This document shows, in pieces, positions 9,958 to 18,589 of a DNA stretch of 64,000 nt. Source of the DNA: a bacterium (GTDB lineage: Bacteria > Armatimonadota > Chthonomonadetes > Chthonomonadales > JAMCWF01); the NCBI GenBank assembly GCA_021842405.1, contig JAKBZR010000004.1:3666-67665 (forward strand), in the 5' to 3' direction. The first letter of the stretch is position 1. Each line of letters opens with the position of its first letter. A program made the position numbers and the translations under genes. The notes beneath the pieces were generated by a model, which ran no database searches, was not told the DNA's origin, and saw only the letters and a program-made list of their open reading frames with translations.

Positions 9958-10303
9958 TGATGCATTCTCCTCATCGGTACACCCGGCTATTTTCAAAAAC
10001 GATCCGGACGGCCCCTTAACCAGAGAATATGGCGCGATCCGGTGACTTAACCGACCATTGTTATTTATTTCACCGTAAGTGATTAAATTCCTGCAATGAA
10101 ATCGTGCGCCGACTCTTGCCAACTGATCGGTGTCATAATATGAGAGTGAAATCGGAGGCAGACCCTATGTGCCAATATAGAGTGAGACACTTTCCACCTC
10201 TTTAATTAGTGTAGATCGGAGCGGGAAGGTGAACGGGGGCCTGGTTGAGCGGGACTTCCAGTACAAGGTACCTACAATGAAGCGATGCAATGGAGGCAAA
10301 TGA

Positions 10304-11782
10304 ATGCAAGTGGAAATGGGGTATTTGATGCCAATTGCCCGTCGCAGAGTAATCGGGTGCATGATTATGCTCGCTGCCACCGCTACCGTGCTGGGGATAG
10401 ATGGGTGCAACGGAAGAGCGGGCGCCGGTTATACATCCTTGGCGGCGGAGGGGGGTGCGGTGCCGGCAAAGAGTAGGCTGTCGCCCTTAACCTACATAGG
10501 CGGGTTGCAACGCGGTGCTTCCTGGCCCAAGTATCATGCCAATAATCGCAATACCGGTCTGGGTATTGGAAAAGGCGCCGTCGGCGCTCTCAAGTGGAAG
10601 TTCGAGACCGATGGGGATATTGTATCCTCCCCCGCCATCGGCGCTGACGGGACTATCTACACAAGCGATTATATCTCTACCTCTAGTGGCGACATTGTTA
10701 GTGGACATCTTTACGCGATTAACGGCGCAACCGGTGCTCTCAAGTGGAAGTTTAAGACGAAAGGTGGCCCTACGTCGCCTGTAATCGGCGCTGACGGGAC
10801 TGTCTACATAAGCGATTCTGTCTCTACCTCTAATGGCGACATTGTTAGTGGACATCTTTACGCGATTAACGGCGCAACCGGCAAGCTGAAATGGAAGTTT
10901 AAGACGGAAGGCGACCCAACATCACCTTTAATCGGTACGGATGGCAATGTTTATATCAGCGATTCTGTCTCTACCTCTAATGGCGACATTGTTAATGGAC
11001 ATCTTTACGCGATTAACGGCGCAACCGGTGCTCTCAAGTGGAAGTTTAAGACGAAAGGTGGCCCTACGTCGCCTGTAATGGGTACGGATGATACCGTTTA
11101 CATAGGTGATGATGTTCCGGTGGGTTATCCCAGCAAATCGGCGCTCGCAACCGGCAAATATCCCTTGAGCGATTACGGTTACCTTTACGCGCTTAACGGT
11201 TCAACCGGCAAACTCGAGTGGAAGTTCAAGACGGGAGGCGCGATTGTCTCTCCACCAGCTATCGGGGCGGATAATACAGTTTACGTGGGCGATGACTTCG
11301 TTATAGATGCTGCCCTTGAATCCACCCTTTATGCAATTGGAAAGATTCCCCGTCACATTTATAGCTATTTCTACGCACTTAACGGCGAAACCGGCAAGCT
11401 CAAGTGGAAGTTTAGGATAAATGATAAGTGGGTGGTTAAATCAACCTCCGCCATTGGTGGTGACGGTACGATCTACATACCTGTCTCCCCGCCTCCTGAT
11501 GGGGGCGATTGTTATCTCTATGCACTTGACGCAACCGCCAAGCTTAAGTGGAAAGATAAGTTTAGAGCTGATACTTACATCGCTTCGCCCGTGATCGGTT
11601 CAGACGGCACTCTCTACGTGGTGCATGAGAATAATGGTTCCTCATACCTTTACGCCCTTAATGATATTACCGGTAAACTCAAGTGGAAGTTTAAGACACG
11701 TTCTCATCTTTTCTCCCCTGCCATCGGTTCGGATGGAACGATCTACGTAGGCTGCGGGAGCGAACTATATGCGATCCGATAA
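10304..11782 (+). CDS. PQQ-like beta-propeller repeat lipoprotein (paralog 1)
   Basis: Recurrent blades (GxLYAINGATGxLKWKFKT...SSPAIGADGTIY). Lipobox-like LGIDGC after a hydrophobic leader. Alternative start at ATG 10328 (MPIARRRV). Confidence 0.8.
   Translation: MQVEMGYLMPIARRRVIGCMIMLAATATVLGIDGCNGRAGAGYTSLAAEGGAVPAKSRLSPLTYIGGLQRGASWPKYHANNRNTGLGIGKGAVGALKWKFETDGDIVSSPAIGADGTIYTSDYISTSSGDIVSGHLYAINGATGALKWKFKTKGGPTSPVIGADGTVYISDSVSTSNGDIVSGHLYAINGATGKLKWKFKTEGDPTSPLIGTDGNVYISDSVSTSNGDIVNGHLYAINGATGALKWKFKTKGGPTSPVMGTDDTVYIGDDVPVGYPSKSALATGKYPLSDYGYLYALNGSTGKLEWKFKTGGAIVSPPAIGADNTVYVGDDFVIDAALESTLYAIGKIPRHIYSYFYALNGETGKLKWKFRINDKWVVKSTSAIGGDGTIYIPVSPPPDGGDCYLYALDATAKLKWKDKFRADTYIASPVIGSDGTLYVVHENNGSSYLYALNDITGKLKWKFKTRSHLFSPAIGSDGTIYVGCGSELYAIR
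10637..11077 (+). repeat. intragenic tandem repeat, 3 units of 147 bp (49 aa, one propeller blade each)
   Basis: Units begin at 10637, 10784 and 10931; a diverged fourth begins at 11078. A stretch of about 60 nt (GGCGCAACCGGTGCTCTCAAGTGGAAGTTTAAGACGAAAGGTGGCCCTACGTCGCCTGTAAT) is identical in units 1 and 3. Confidence 0.9.
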
Positions 11783-11937
11783 ACGATTGCCACAATCGTT
11801 CAGGGCAATTATGCTATACCGTTCGAAATAACATCGCAATGTCAATTATTTGATGTCCATGTTAACATATTCCAAGTCCAGGGTGTTAGGCTTTGTCCCT
11901 TCTTGAGGGTAGGACAAGGCGGAAGGGAGCATCAAAG

Positions 11938-13200
11938 ATGCGAAGAGAGCGATTGGGTTTTCTTTTAATCACCGCCCGAAAGTTTAACCGGCCCATTTCC
12001 CGAGCGGTGGCGGGGCTGGCGGCGGCCTTGCTGATGGCGCCTGGTGTATGCAGGGGAATCGCCGTCAGCAAAAACGAAGCCGCTCATCCCTCGACACATA
12101 CGGGCGGCTTGCAGCCAGGCAGTCCCTGGCCGATGCTTTTACATGATCCGATGCACACCGGTAGAGGGATCGGCAAAGGAGCGAAAGGCGTGCTGATGTG
12201 GAAATACCGTTGCGGAGATGAAATCGATTCAGGCCCTGCAATCAGCTCTGATGGAACGATCTATGTGGGATCGGATGACGGGAATCTATACGCGATTAAC
12301 ACCAACGGTACCCTGAAATGGAAGTATAAAACTGAAGGTGGAGCACCAGTAGTATCATCCCCAGCCATCGGGTCGGACGGCACCATCTATGTTGGATCAG
12401 ATGACGGAAATTTGTACGCGATCAACCCTCGCGGCACGCTGAAATGGAAGTATAAAACTGAAGGTGGAGCACCAGTAGTATCATCCCCAGCCATCGGATC
12501 AGATGGAACGATCTATGTTGGATCAAATGATGGAAATGTATATGCGGTCAGACCCAACGGTACCCTGAAATGGAAGTATAAAACTGAAGGTGGAGCATCA
12601 GTACTATCATCCCCAGCTATCGGGTTGGGTGGTACAATCTATGTTGGAGCGGGACCTTATGGCGTTTCTTCGCTCTATGCGATAAACTCCAACGGCACGC
12701 TGCAGTGGAAGCATAAAACAATATATTCATCCCCGACTCTAGGTTCGGATGGAACGATCTACGTGCAGGTATGGAAATCAAGGTTTAGCAAACACGTCAA
12801 GGTAAGTGCATTATGTGCGATAAATCCCAGCGGCACCCTGAAATGGAAAAGAAGTGGAGACTATTCACCACCAGCTATTGGTTTAAATGGAACGATTTAT
12901 ATCGGAACATATGAGAACAATCTCTACGCGATCAATCCTAACGGGACGCTGGAATGGAAATATAAAACCAGTAGTGGAGTCTTCTCCCCTGTCATTGGCT
13001 CGGATGGAACGATCTATGTGTTGTCCGAAGACGGCTACCTATATGCGATCAAACCGAACGGTACGCTTAAGTGGAAAGTTCTAATTTCTCCACTTGCTGG
13101 AGGAAAAGGAGAATCATCGCCTGTATTCTCGCTTGCAATCGGTGAGGATGGAACGATCTATGTGGAGGCCAAAGGCGGCTATCTATATGCGATCCGATAA
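11938..13200 (+). CDS. PQQ-like beta-propeller repeat secreted protein (paralog 2)
   Basis: Blades of the form GNLYAINxNGTLKWKYKTEGG...SSPAIGSDGTIYVGS. ATG 11938 is preceded by GGAAGGGAG. The track start at 11893 is less likely. Confidence 0.8.
   Translation: MRRERLGFLLITARKFNRPISRAVAGLAAALLMAPGVCRGIAVSKNEAAHPSTHTGGLQPGSPWPMLLHDPMHTGRGIGKGAKGVLMWKYRCGDEIDSGPAISSDGTIYVGSDDGNLYAINTNGTLKWKYKTEGGAPVVSSPAIGSDGTIYVGSDDGNLYAINPRGTLKWKYKTEGGAPVVSSPAIGSDGTIYVGSNDGNVYAVRPNGTLKWKYKTEGGASVLSSPAIGLGGTIYVGAGPYGVSSLYAINSNGTLQWKHKTIYSSPTLGSDGTIYVQVWKSRFSKHVKVSALCAINPSGTLKWKRSGDYSPPAIGLNGTIYIGTYENNLYAINPNGTLEWKYKTSSGVFSPVIGSDGTIYVLSEDGYLYAIKPNGTLKWKVLISPLAGGKGESSPVFSLAIGEDGTIYVEAKGGYLYAIR
12238..12636 (+). 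repeat. intragenic tandem repeat, 3 units of 126 bp (42 aa)
   Basis: CTGAAATGGAAGTATAAAACTGAAGGTGGAGC recurs at 12313, 12439 and 12565. A 59-nt stretch is identical between units 1 and 2. Confidence 0.9.
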
Positions 13201-13297
13201 GTTGCTTGCCACAATCGTTCAGGGCAATTGGGAAGCAATACGACGACCAACTTAGCTTACTTATTTTCTCTACACCCGAATTGCACTTATTACCAGG

Positions 13298-13997
13298 GTA
13301 ACAGTTCAGTTTTACGGGAGTGATTTTTGTCAAGTACCAAGCTCAGCAGAATGAATTCAGTTTTATGGGAATGATTTTCGTTCGACCCCACCCCAGTCCT
13401 CCCCGCAAGCGGGGAGGGTGTTTAGCAGCGGTGCTTTTATCTTCCCCCCCAGTCCCTCTTAATCCCCTCCCCCGTTTACGGGGGAGGGTTAGGGTGGGGG
13501 TGTATCCAATATGGTCGTAAATGATTCCCACAGAACTGAACTGTTACGCTCAGCATTCCCCTAGTACTGCAATGTTATCGGGGAATCAATCTACTAGCCT
13601 GCGAGCTACCTCTGAGCCGCGAGCGTGAGCGAGCGTACACGCTGGCTGTTTATGCCTAACGATAATCCCATTCTCGTTCTCCACGTCATCACCCGACTAG
13701 TTAACGGGGACACACAATAGAACACGATCGCCAACGTGCTAATGCTATACCGCTCCACTCGCTCACGCTCGCGGCTCCGCTGACTGTGGGTTAAATTGAG
13801 AAATGAGTGATCAGCCCACCCTACGAGTTGCATTCACTAGCCGGGTGACCCCTAAAGTAACCTATCAAAGACCATGCAACACATATTGCAATGTTGTCTG
13901 GGAAGCAATCTCTGTCTTCCCAAACCCTCTCCCAGGATCGGCAAAGAGTAGTAGGGAGCGCCTGCTTCAAAAATTACCCACAAAACTGAACTCTTAC
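13298..13997. mobile_element. composite MITE-like element (family 1), outer copy, flanked by an 8-bp target-site duplication TTACCAGG
   Basis: Left terminus GTAACAGTTCAGTTTTACGGGAGTGATTTTTG. The right terminus in reverse complement is GTAAGAGTTCAGTTTTGTGGGTAATTTTTG. TTACCAGG occurs at 13290..13297 and again at 13998..14005, directly abutting both termini. Confidence 0.8.
13349..13546. mobile_element. inner MITE-like element (family 1) nested in the outer copy, flanked by an 8-bp target-site duplication GCTCAGCA
   Basis: Termini are GAATGAATTCAGTTTTATGGGAATGATTTTCG and, in reverse complement, GTAACAGTTCAGTTCTGTGGGAATCATTTACG. GCTCAGCA occurs at 13341..13348 and 13547..13554. The interior holds hairpin modules CCTCCCCGCAAGCGGGGAGG and CCCTCCCCCGTTTACGGGGGAGGG. 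Confidence 0.8.
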
Positions 13998-14057
13998 TTA
14001 CCAGGGACGTAATAACTGCACTCTTGAGCCTGATATTAAGTGGGGGGAATACCGCTC

Positions 14058-15278
14058 TTACTTTTTAAATATCAATCGGATAAAGCGCAGGTCGTAGAGG
14101 CGCGAATCGTGAAGCACCTTCTCAAAGTCGGTTGAATTGGTGGCATAACTAATTAAAAGGTCATTCCGGTTGGAAAGCTCGGGGTGCCCCTTGGCGGCGT
14201 AGCACAGAACGGTTGGAATTTTCCCTTCCGGGCAGGTGTAGACGGTGACGGCTTTGCTCCAGGGACCGTAGGGTTCCGGTGCGGTTCGGATACGGATGAC
14301 CGGCGCCAGATCGGAGGGGGAGTAGACCAGCAGATAACAACCCAGCTCCGGTTGAAAACTGACGCTCATCTCGGCGCCCAGGTCGCTTCCGCTCGCCTCC
14401 GCCCGATGCTGATTCGCAACCCATTTCCCATTCGCCCAGAACCGCCAGCGGGAGAAATCGGCGATCCGGTCGGCCGGCACGCGGGCAACCAGCAGGCCGC
14501 GCTTCATTGGCGGGGCGGCGCTCTCTTGTCGCAGGCCGTAAATATAGAGGTATCGCCCTTGCGACAGCACCGCCGCGCCGAACCACTCATCGTCGGAGCC
14601 ACTATTGTCATAAAAGGGAAACGGTACGGTTTGAAATTTCCAGCGGTGGGGGTCAGAGGAAGAGATATCGGCGTCGGCCAGCGCAGTGCCGTTCATTTTA
14701 AAGCCGAACAGTCCACCCGTCGGCAGGTACGCAATTTGAGATAAAAACAGCCACAGTTTGCGATGAACCACCGCTCCGTCTTCAAACCAGTAGGCCAGGT
14801 CACTCTCTTTTGGGACGATATAAGGGGTATTGACCCCATTTTGCCGTCCCCAATAGAAATGGAATCGGCTTTCATCCGGCTGCTTTCCCTCTAAAACGGC
14901 GATGGAGTTATGAACCATTTGCGCGTTGACCCGCTGATGCCCCTTCACTTGTCCGATGAAGCTATCGCCGAACAGCCACAACGTGCGCTCATGACCGATT
15001 TTAATTGTGTAGCCGCAATCCGAGCCGATGAAACCGGAGGATCGCTCGAGGAGGCGGTCCCAGCGGCGAGCCTTTTTCACCTGGATGGAAATCGGCCTCT
15101 GGTGATTGGGGAGGGCTAATTTGATTGAACGGGCCATCCCATTCGCTCGTGCCGCGTTGATAAACAGACCAAAAGCGATGATGGCCAAAACAAAAGCGTG
15201 AAGGCCGCCGTAAGAGACAAGGATGCAAGGCGCACCCGCGTCGCTTCTCGGTTTCATACTCAGTGAATGCCCACTCAT
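14058..15278 (-). CDS. secreted hypothetical protein, possibly DUF4185-like beta-propeller glycoside-hydrolase fold
   Basis: 406-aa ORF with an N-terminal hydrophobic segment. The LWLFGDSFIG motif is reminiscent of DUF4185. Its start overlaps the upstream gene's stop by 4 nt (ATGA). Confidence 0.55.
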   Translation of the reverse strand: MSGHSLSMKPRSDAGAPCILVSYGGLHAFVLAIIAFGLFINAARANGMARSIKLALPNHQRPISIQVKKARRWDRLLERSSGFIGSDCGYTIKIGHERTLWLFGDSFIGQVKGHQRVNAQMVHNSIAVLEGKQPDESRFHFYWGRQNGVNTPYIVPKESDLAYWFEDGAVVHRKLWLFLSQIAYLPTGGLFGFKMNGTALADADISSSDPHRWKFQTVPFPFYDNSGSDDEWFGAAVLSQGRYLYIYGLRQESAAPPMKRGLLVARVPADRIADFSRWRFWANGKWVANQHRAEASGSDLGAEMSVSFQPELGCYLLVYSPSDLAPVIRIRTAPEPYGPWSKAVTVYTCPEGKIPTVLCYAAKGHPELSNRNDLLISYATNSTDFEKVLHDSRLYDLRFIRLIFKK

Positions 15279-16540
15279 CCCAATTCGCCGGCATGCTGTG
15301 TCGGATCGGTTTGATCGCTATAGCTTCGGTTCCCGCGTCTCATCAAAGCGGTTCGTATCCGTTTAAGCGCCAGAGGCGCCACCTCTGAAAATTCGACCTT
15401 TCCACAAAAAAGTTGAGCGGCAAGGCGGGTCATTTCAAGCCGCTTGACCGCGACCTGATAGCATAGAGCCGGGAATCGGTAAAAGAGGTTCGCCAGCCGG
15501 CGCGCCGCTTCCAGATTGCGCCCGATCTCCCGCTGGATTTGTTGGGTGTATTGAGCGGCCGAGCCGTTAAGGATCAGTCGAGCCGCGATGAATCCGCTGC
15601 GGATCGCGTTCAGGATTCCATCCCCAAACAGCGGATCCACCAGACCGGCCGCGTCCCCGACCAGCAGCACATGGCCGTCGGCGGCTTCCAAGGGCTCCGG
15701 CCCGTTCCATATCGGCAGCGGATGGGCGTAAAACCGTATCCCCTCCCGCCCCTCAATGCCCAGCGAGTTCAAATAATCTTCCACCACTGCCTTGAACTGG
15801 TCGCCAAGCGGGTGCGCCTCTTCTAAATTTGTCCGGCTGCTCGAGGCGGTGGTGGATCGCATCCGCCCGGCCCCCACGTTCAGATGATCGCCCTTTGGAA
15901 ATATCCACGCATAGCCATGCTTAACTCGGCCGTATTCCAGGTGAAGCACTTCCGGCCGCAGGTCCGGATGATCCGCTCGATCCCAGTTATAAGAAAGCTC
16001 CCCCTCCATCGCGATGCCGATCTGCCGCTTCTGCCGCAGCCCAAATGAAGAGGCCGTTATTCCGTTTGCCCCATCGGCGCCCACCACGTAATCGGCGGTC
16101 GCCGACCATCCGTTTTCGCCCACCAATCGGAAGCGGCCGCCCTCCGCCTCAATGTGACGGATGTGCAGGCCATCGGCCAACTCAGCGCCGAAGTTGATGG
16201 CCCGCTGCGCCAGATGCTCATCGAAACGGTCGCGCCGCACCATCCAAAGTGTGATGTCGGGCATGGAATCCGGGTTGTTGACCGGGAATAGCACCGCATC
16301 CTGGAAGTTCCAGGTATGGCGCATCCAGGTGACCGTCGCCTCCACCACTCCAGCCGGGATTTCGGGGATGAGATCCCCGACCGCCATCGGCAGTCCGCCC
16401 CCGCAAGCCTTATGGCGAGGCAGTGGCTTGCGCTCAACCATCAGCGTTGTAAGGCCGTTACGAGCAAGCTCTGCGGCCGCTGTGGCGCCGCCCGGACCGG
16501 CGCCGATCACGATGACGTCGTACCGTGTTCTCATGGTCAT
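15275..16540 (-). CDS. geranylgeranyl reductase family FAD-dependent oxidoreductase
   Basis: N-terminal dinucleotide fold YDVIVIGAGPGGATAAAELARNG, then KACGGGLP and GDAAGLVDPLFGDGI, typical of the family. The start is at ATG 16540 or 16534, not 16576. Confidence 0.8.
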   Translation of the reverse strand: MTMRTRYDVIVIGAGPGGATAAAELARNGLTTLMVERKPLPRHKACGGGLPMAVGDLIPEIPAGVVEATVTWMRHTWNFQDAVLFPVNNPDSMPDITLWMVRRDRFDEHLAQRAINFGAELADGLHIRHIEAEGGRFRLVGENGWSATADYVVGADGANGITASSFGLRQKRQIGIAMEGELSYNWDRADHPDLRPEVLHLEYGRVKHGYAWIFPKGDHLNVGAGRMRSTTASSSRTNLEEAHPLGDQFKAVVEDYLNSLGIEGREGIRFYAHPLPIWNGPEPLEAADGHVLLVGDAAGLVDPLFGDGILNAIRSGFIAARLILNGSAAQYTQQIQREIGRNLEAARRLANLFYRFPALCYQVAVKRLEMTRLAAQLFCGKVEFSEVAPLALKRIRTALMRRGNRSYSDQTDPTQHAGELG

Positions 16541-16669
16541 CCACTCAGGTTTATATTCGGCCGGAAAACTTACCAATCAATGACCAGGATTGACTCTCAT
16601 TCCAATAACCTGCCGTGGTCAACCCGTTTGTTCCCGATGATCCCTCAATTTACAATTACACGCCAGCGT

Positions 16670-17641
16670 TCAATGATATTCAGCCAGCAGCTCCCGCCAG
16701 CCGGCTGCAAGCCGCTCGACCGTGTCTTGAGGGTACGGCGTGAACGGCTCGCGATCGTAGGGCTGTAACTTTGCGCCGAGCCGGATCATCAACTGGCGCC
16801 ACGCAACCCCCGAATTCAAGCCGGATACCAAATCCAATCCGCGCCCCACGTTGAGCTGATGCCGCTCGGCTCCTTCCAGATCGCCGCGCTCGAAGGCGGC
16901 TTTCAGGTCGGCCAGTATTTCGGGATAGACGTTGCAGCCCTCCCCGATGACGCCGACCGCGCCGTGCTTCAGCGCCTTCAGGTAATTATTTTCATCCCCG
17001 CAGATCAGGGCGAAGGGGGCGTCGGCCGCCACCGTCGCCAGCGGGAGAAAGTCCTCATCTTCCATCGTGGATACCTTCATGCCGGCCAACCGAGGCAGCT
17101 CCAACAGCCGCTCCAGCAAGCGGGGGCGGATGCGGTATTCGGGTGGAGTGCTGTGAGGTTGATAGATAACGATCGGGACTGAGGTGGCATCGTGAACTTG
17201 CTGATAATAGTGAAAAACCAGATCGTGAATTGCCTCGCCGCTGGCCGGCTCCAGCGCATAGGGGATGACGTGCACCGCGCCGTCCACCCCTAATCGCCCC
17301 AATTCGACGGTGAGATGAATCGCCTGAGTGAGGTAGGCGTTTCGATCCGGTCGCATGCCTTCGCGCTGGGTGAGCCACTCGCCGGCGGCGCCGGCCAGCA
17401 CCCCGAAACGACCGGCCGCTTCGTCAATAACCGCACGTGCCAAGCTCAGCGTCTCTTCGACCGTAAAGGTGAACATCTTGCCCATTCCGCTGCGGGCAAA
17501 GATCGTGTTTAGGCCGCGGCGGGTTTTCCACCAACCCACCATACCCCGGACGCCGTCGAGATCCAGACTGCCGTCGGGACGGCAGGGCGTCAGCATCGGA
17601 GCAATGACCCCATTTAGGAAGTTTAAGCCGGTGTTTGCCAT
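16670..17641 (-). CDS. dihydrodipicolinate synthase/N-acetylneuraminate lyase family aldolase
   Basis: GVIAPMLTPCRPDGSLDLDG-type N-terminus and overall DapA-family length (323 aa). Substrate unknown. Confidence 0.7.
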   Translation of the reverse strand: MANTGLNFLNGVIAPMLTPCRPDGSLDLDGVRGMVGWWKTRRGLNTIFARSGMGKMFTFTVEETLSLARAVIDEAAGRFGVLAGAAGEWLTQREGMRPDRNAYLTQAIHLTVELGRLGVDGAVHVIPYALEPASGEAIHDLVFHYYQQVHDATSVPIVIYQPHSTPPEYRIRPRLLERLLELPRLAGMKVSTMEDEDFLPLATVAADAPFALICGDENNYLKALKHGAVGVIGEGCNVYPEILADLKAAFERGDLEGAERHQLNVGRGLDLVSGLNSGVAWRQLMIRLGAKLQPYDREPFTPYPQDTVERLAAGWRELLAEYH

Positions 17642-17680
17642 AATTTAATTCTACCGCCTTTCGACGAAAGTTGCTTAAGT

Positions 17681-17903
17681 GTAAGAGTTCGTAACAGTTC
17701 AGTTTTACGGGAATGATTTTCGACCGTATTGGATGCACCCCCACCCTAACCCTCCCCCGTAAACGGGGGAGGGGATTAAGAGGGACTGGGGGGCAAGATA
17801 AAAGCACCGCCGCTAAACTCCCTCCCCGCAAGCGGAGAGGGTGCCTGCTGCAGGCAGGCGGGAATGACGAAGCGGTGGGATCCAGCGACTTTTTCAACAA
17901 CCC
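17681..17903. mobile_element. chimeric repeat: family-1 MITE-like left end and hairpin modules fused to a family-2 right-end fragment
   Basis: GTAAGAGTTC then GTAACAGTTCAGTTTTACGGGAATGATTTTCGACCGTATTGGATGCACCCCCACCC, followed by CCCTCCCCCGTAAACGGGGGAGGG and CCTGCTGCAGGCAGG. From 17858 it continues as GGGAATGACGAAGCGG...TTTTTCAACAACC, a family-2 terminus. Confidence 0.75.
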
Positions 17904-18589
17904 CTTAAGGGATAGACTTACATCCTGAAATAATACCCTGGTTTAGTTCCTCTTCTTCCTTACCGGATTGTAACCTCGTCATACCCCCTCCGTAAATTTT
18001 TAACGGGATCAACGGGTAGGCTGTATATATTGAAAGAAGCGATAATAGTGAAACGGGTCCAGCATCGTCTATTCAATCGGCGCGATTTATGCAATAATAC
18101 CAGGTAAGCAAGTTATTAAATGAGACGCAATATATTCGGCATTTTGAATGGTTTCTGTTCTCTCTATCATTCAGGTGGAATATCCTCACTCCTATCATTG
18201 TTACAACCGGCGTGACCCCGCGCTTGCCCCCAGTTCTCCCCACCGCCGAATAGTTTGACAACGCTACGGATTTATCCCGAATGAATAGCAACCGCCGGTT
18301 CCGGCAAGCACCGACCCCAACAGCCACGGTGACCGTCCTTGATAAGATTTCAACTGTAGCAAAAAATGACAAAAGTGTGCAAGACAGAAGATGTCACTAT
18401 ACCGATTTGAAAATCGTCAATGGAAAAAATAGGACGTATCAGCGGTTGAACGACTTATTTCGCGATTGCAGACGACGCTTCCCGCCTGGTTTCGTCTTTG
18501 CGAGAAGACCTTGTTAATTTAAAAACTTGCTATAATGATAAGGATGGCATGCGGTAGGGCATTCGGATCAGCTTGAGCGGGTTTAGGAA

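Noticed and set aside
10165-10410. Minus-strand 81-aa ORF in the abfA/propeller divergent region
   Set aside because: It overlaps the start of the propeller gene, and has no RBS and no recognisable features.
13320-13531. Track ORFs lying in repeat elements: 13320..13520, 13343..13531, 13606..13833, 13803..14012, 17713..17928, the upstream part of 17424..17900, 18573..18791, 20611..20796, 26912..27280, 30979..31185, 30800..31201, 45475..45708, 45530..45763, 46502..46819, 46624..46815
   Set aside because: They read through hairpin/G-tract repeat modules, giving low-complexity P/G/R-rich peptides. They occur on both strands of the same repeat, lack RBSs, and share similarity only because the DNA repeats do.
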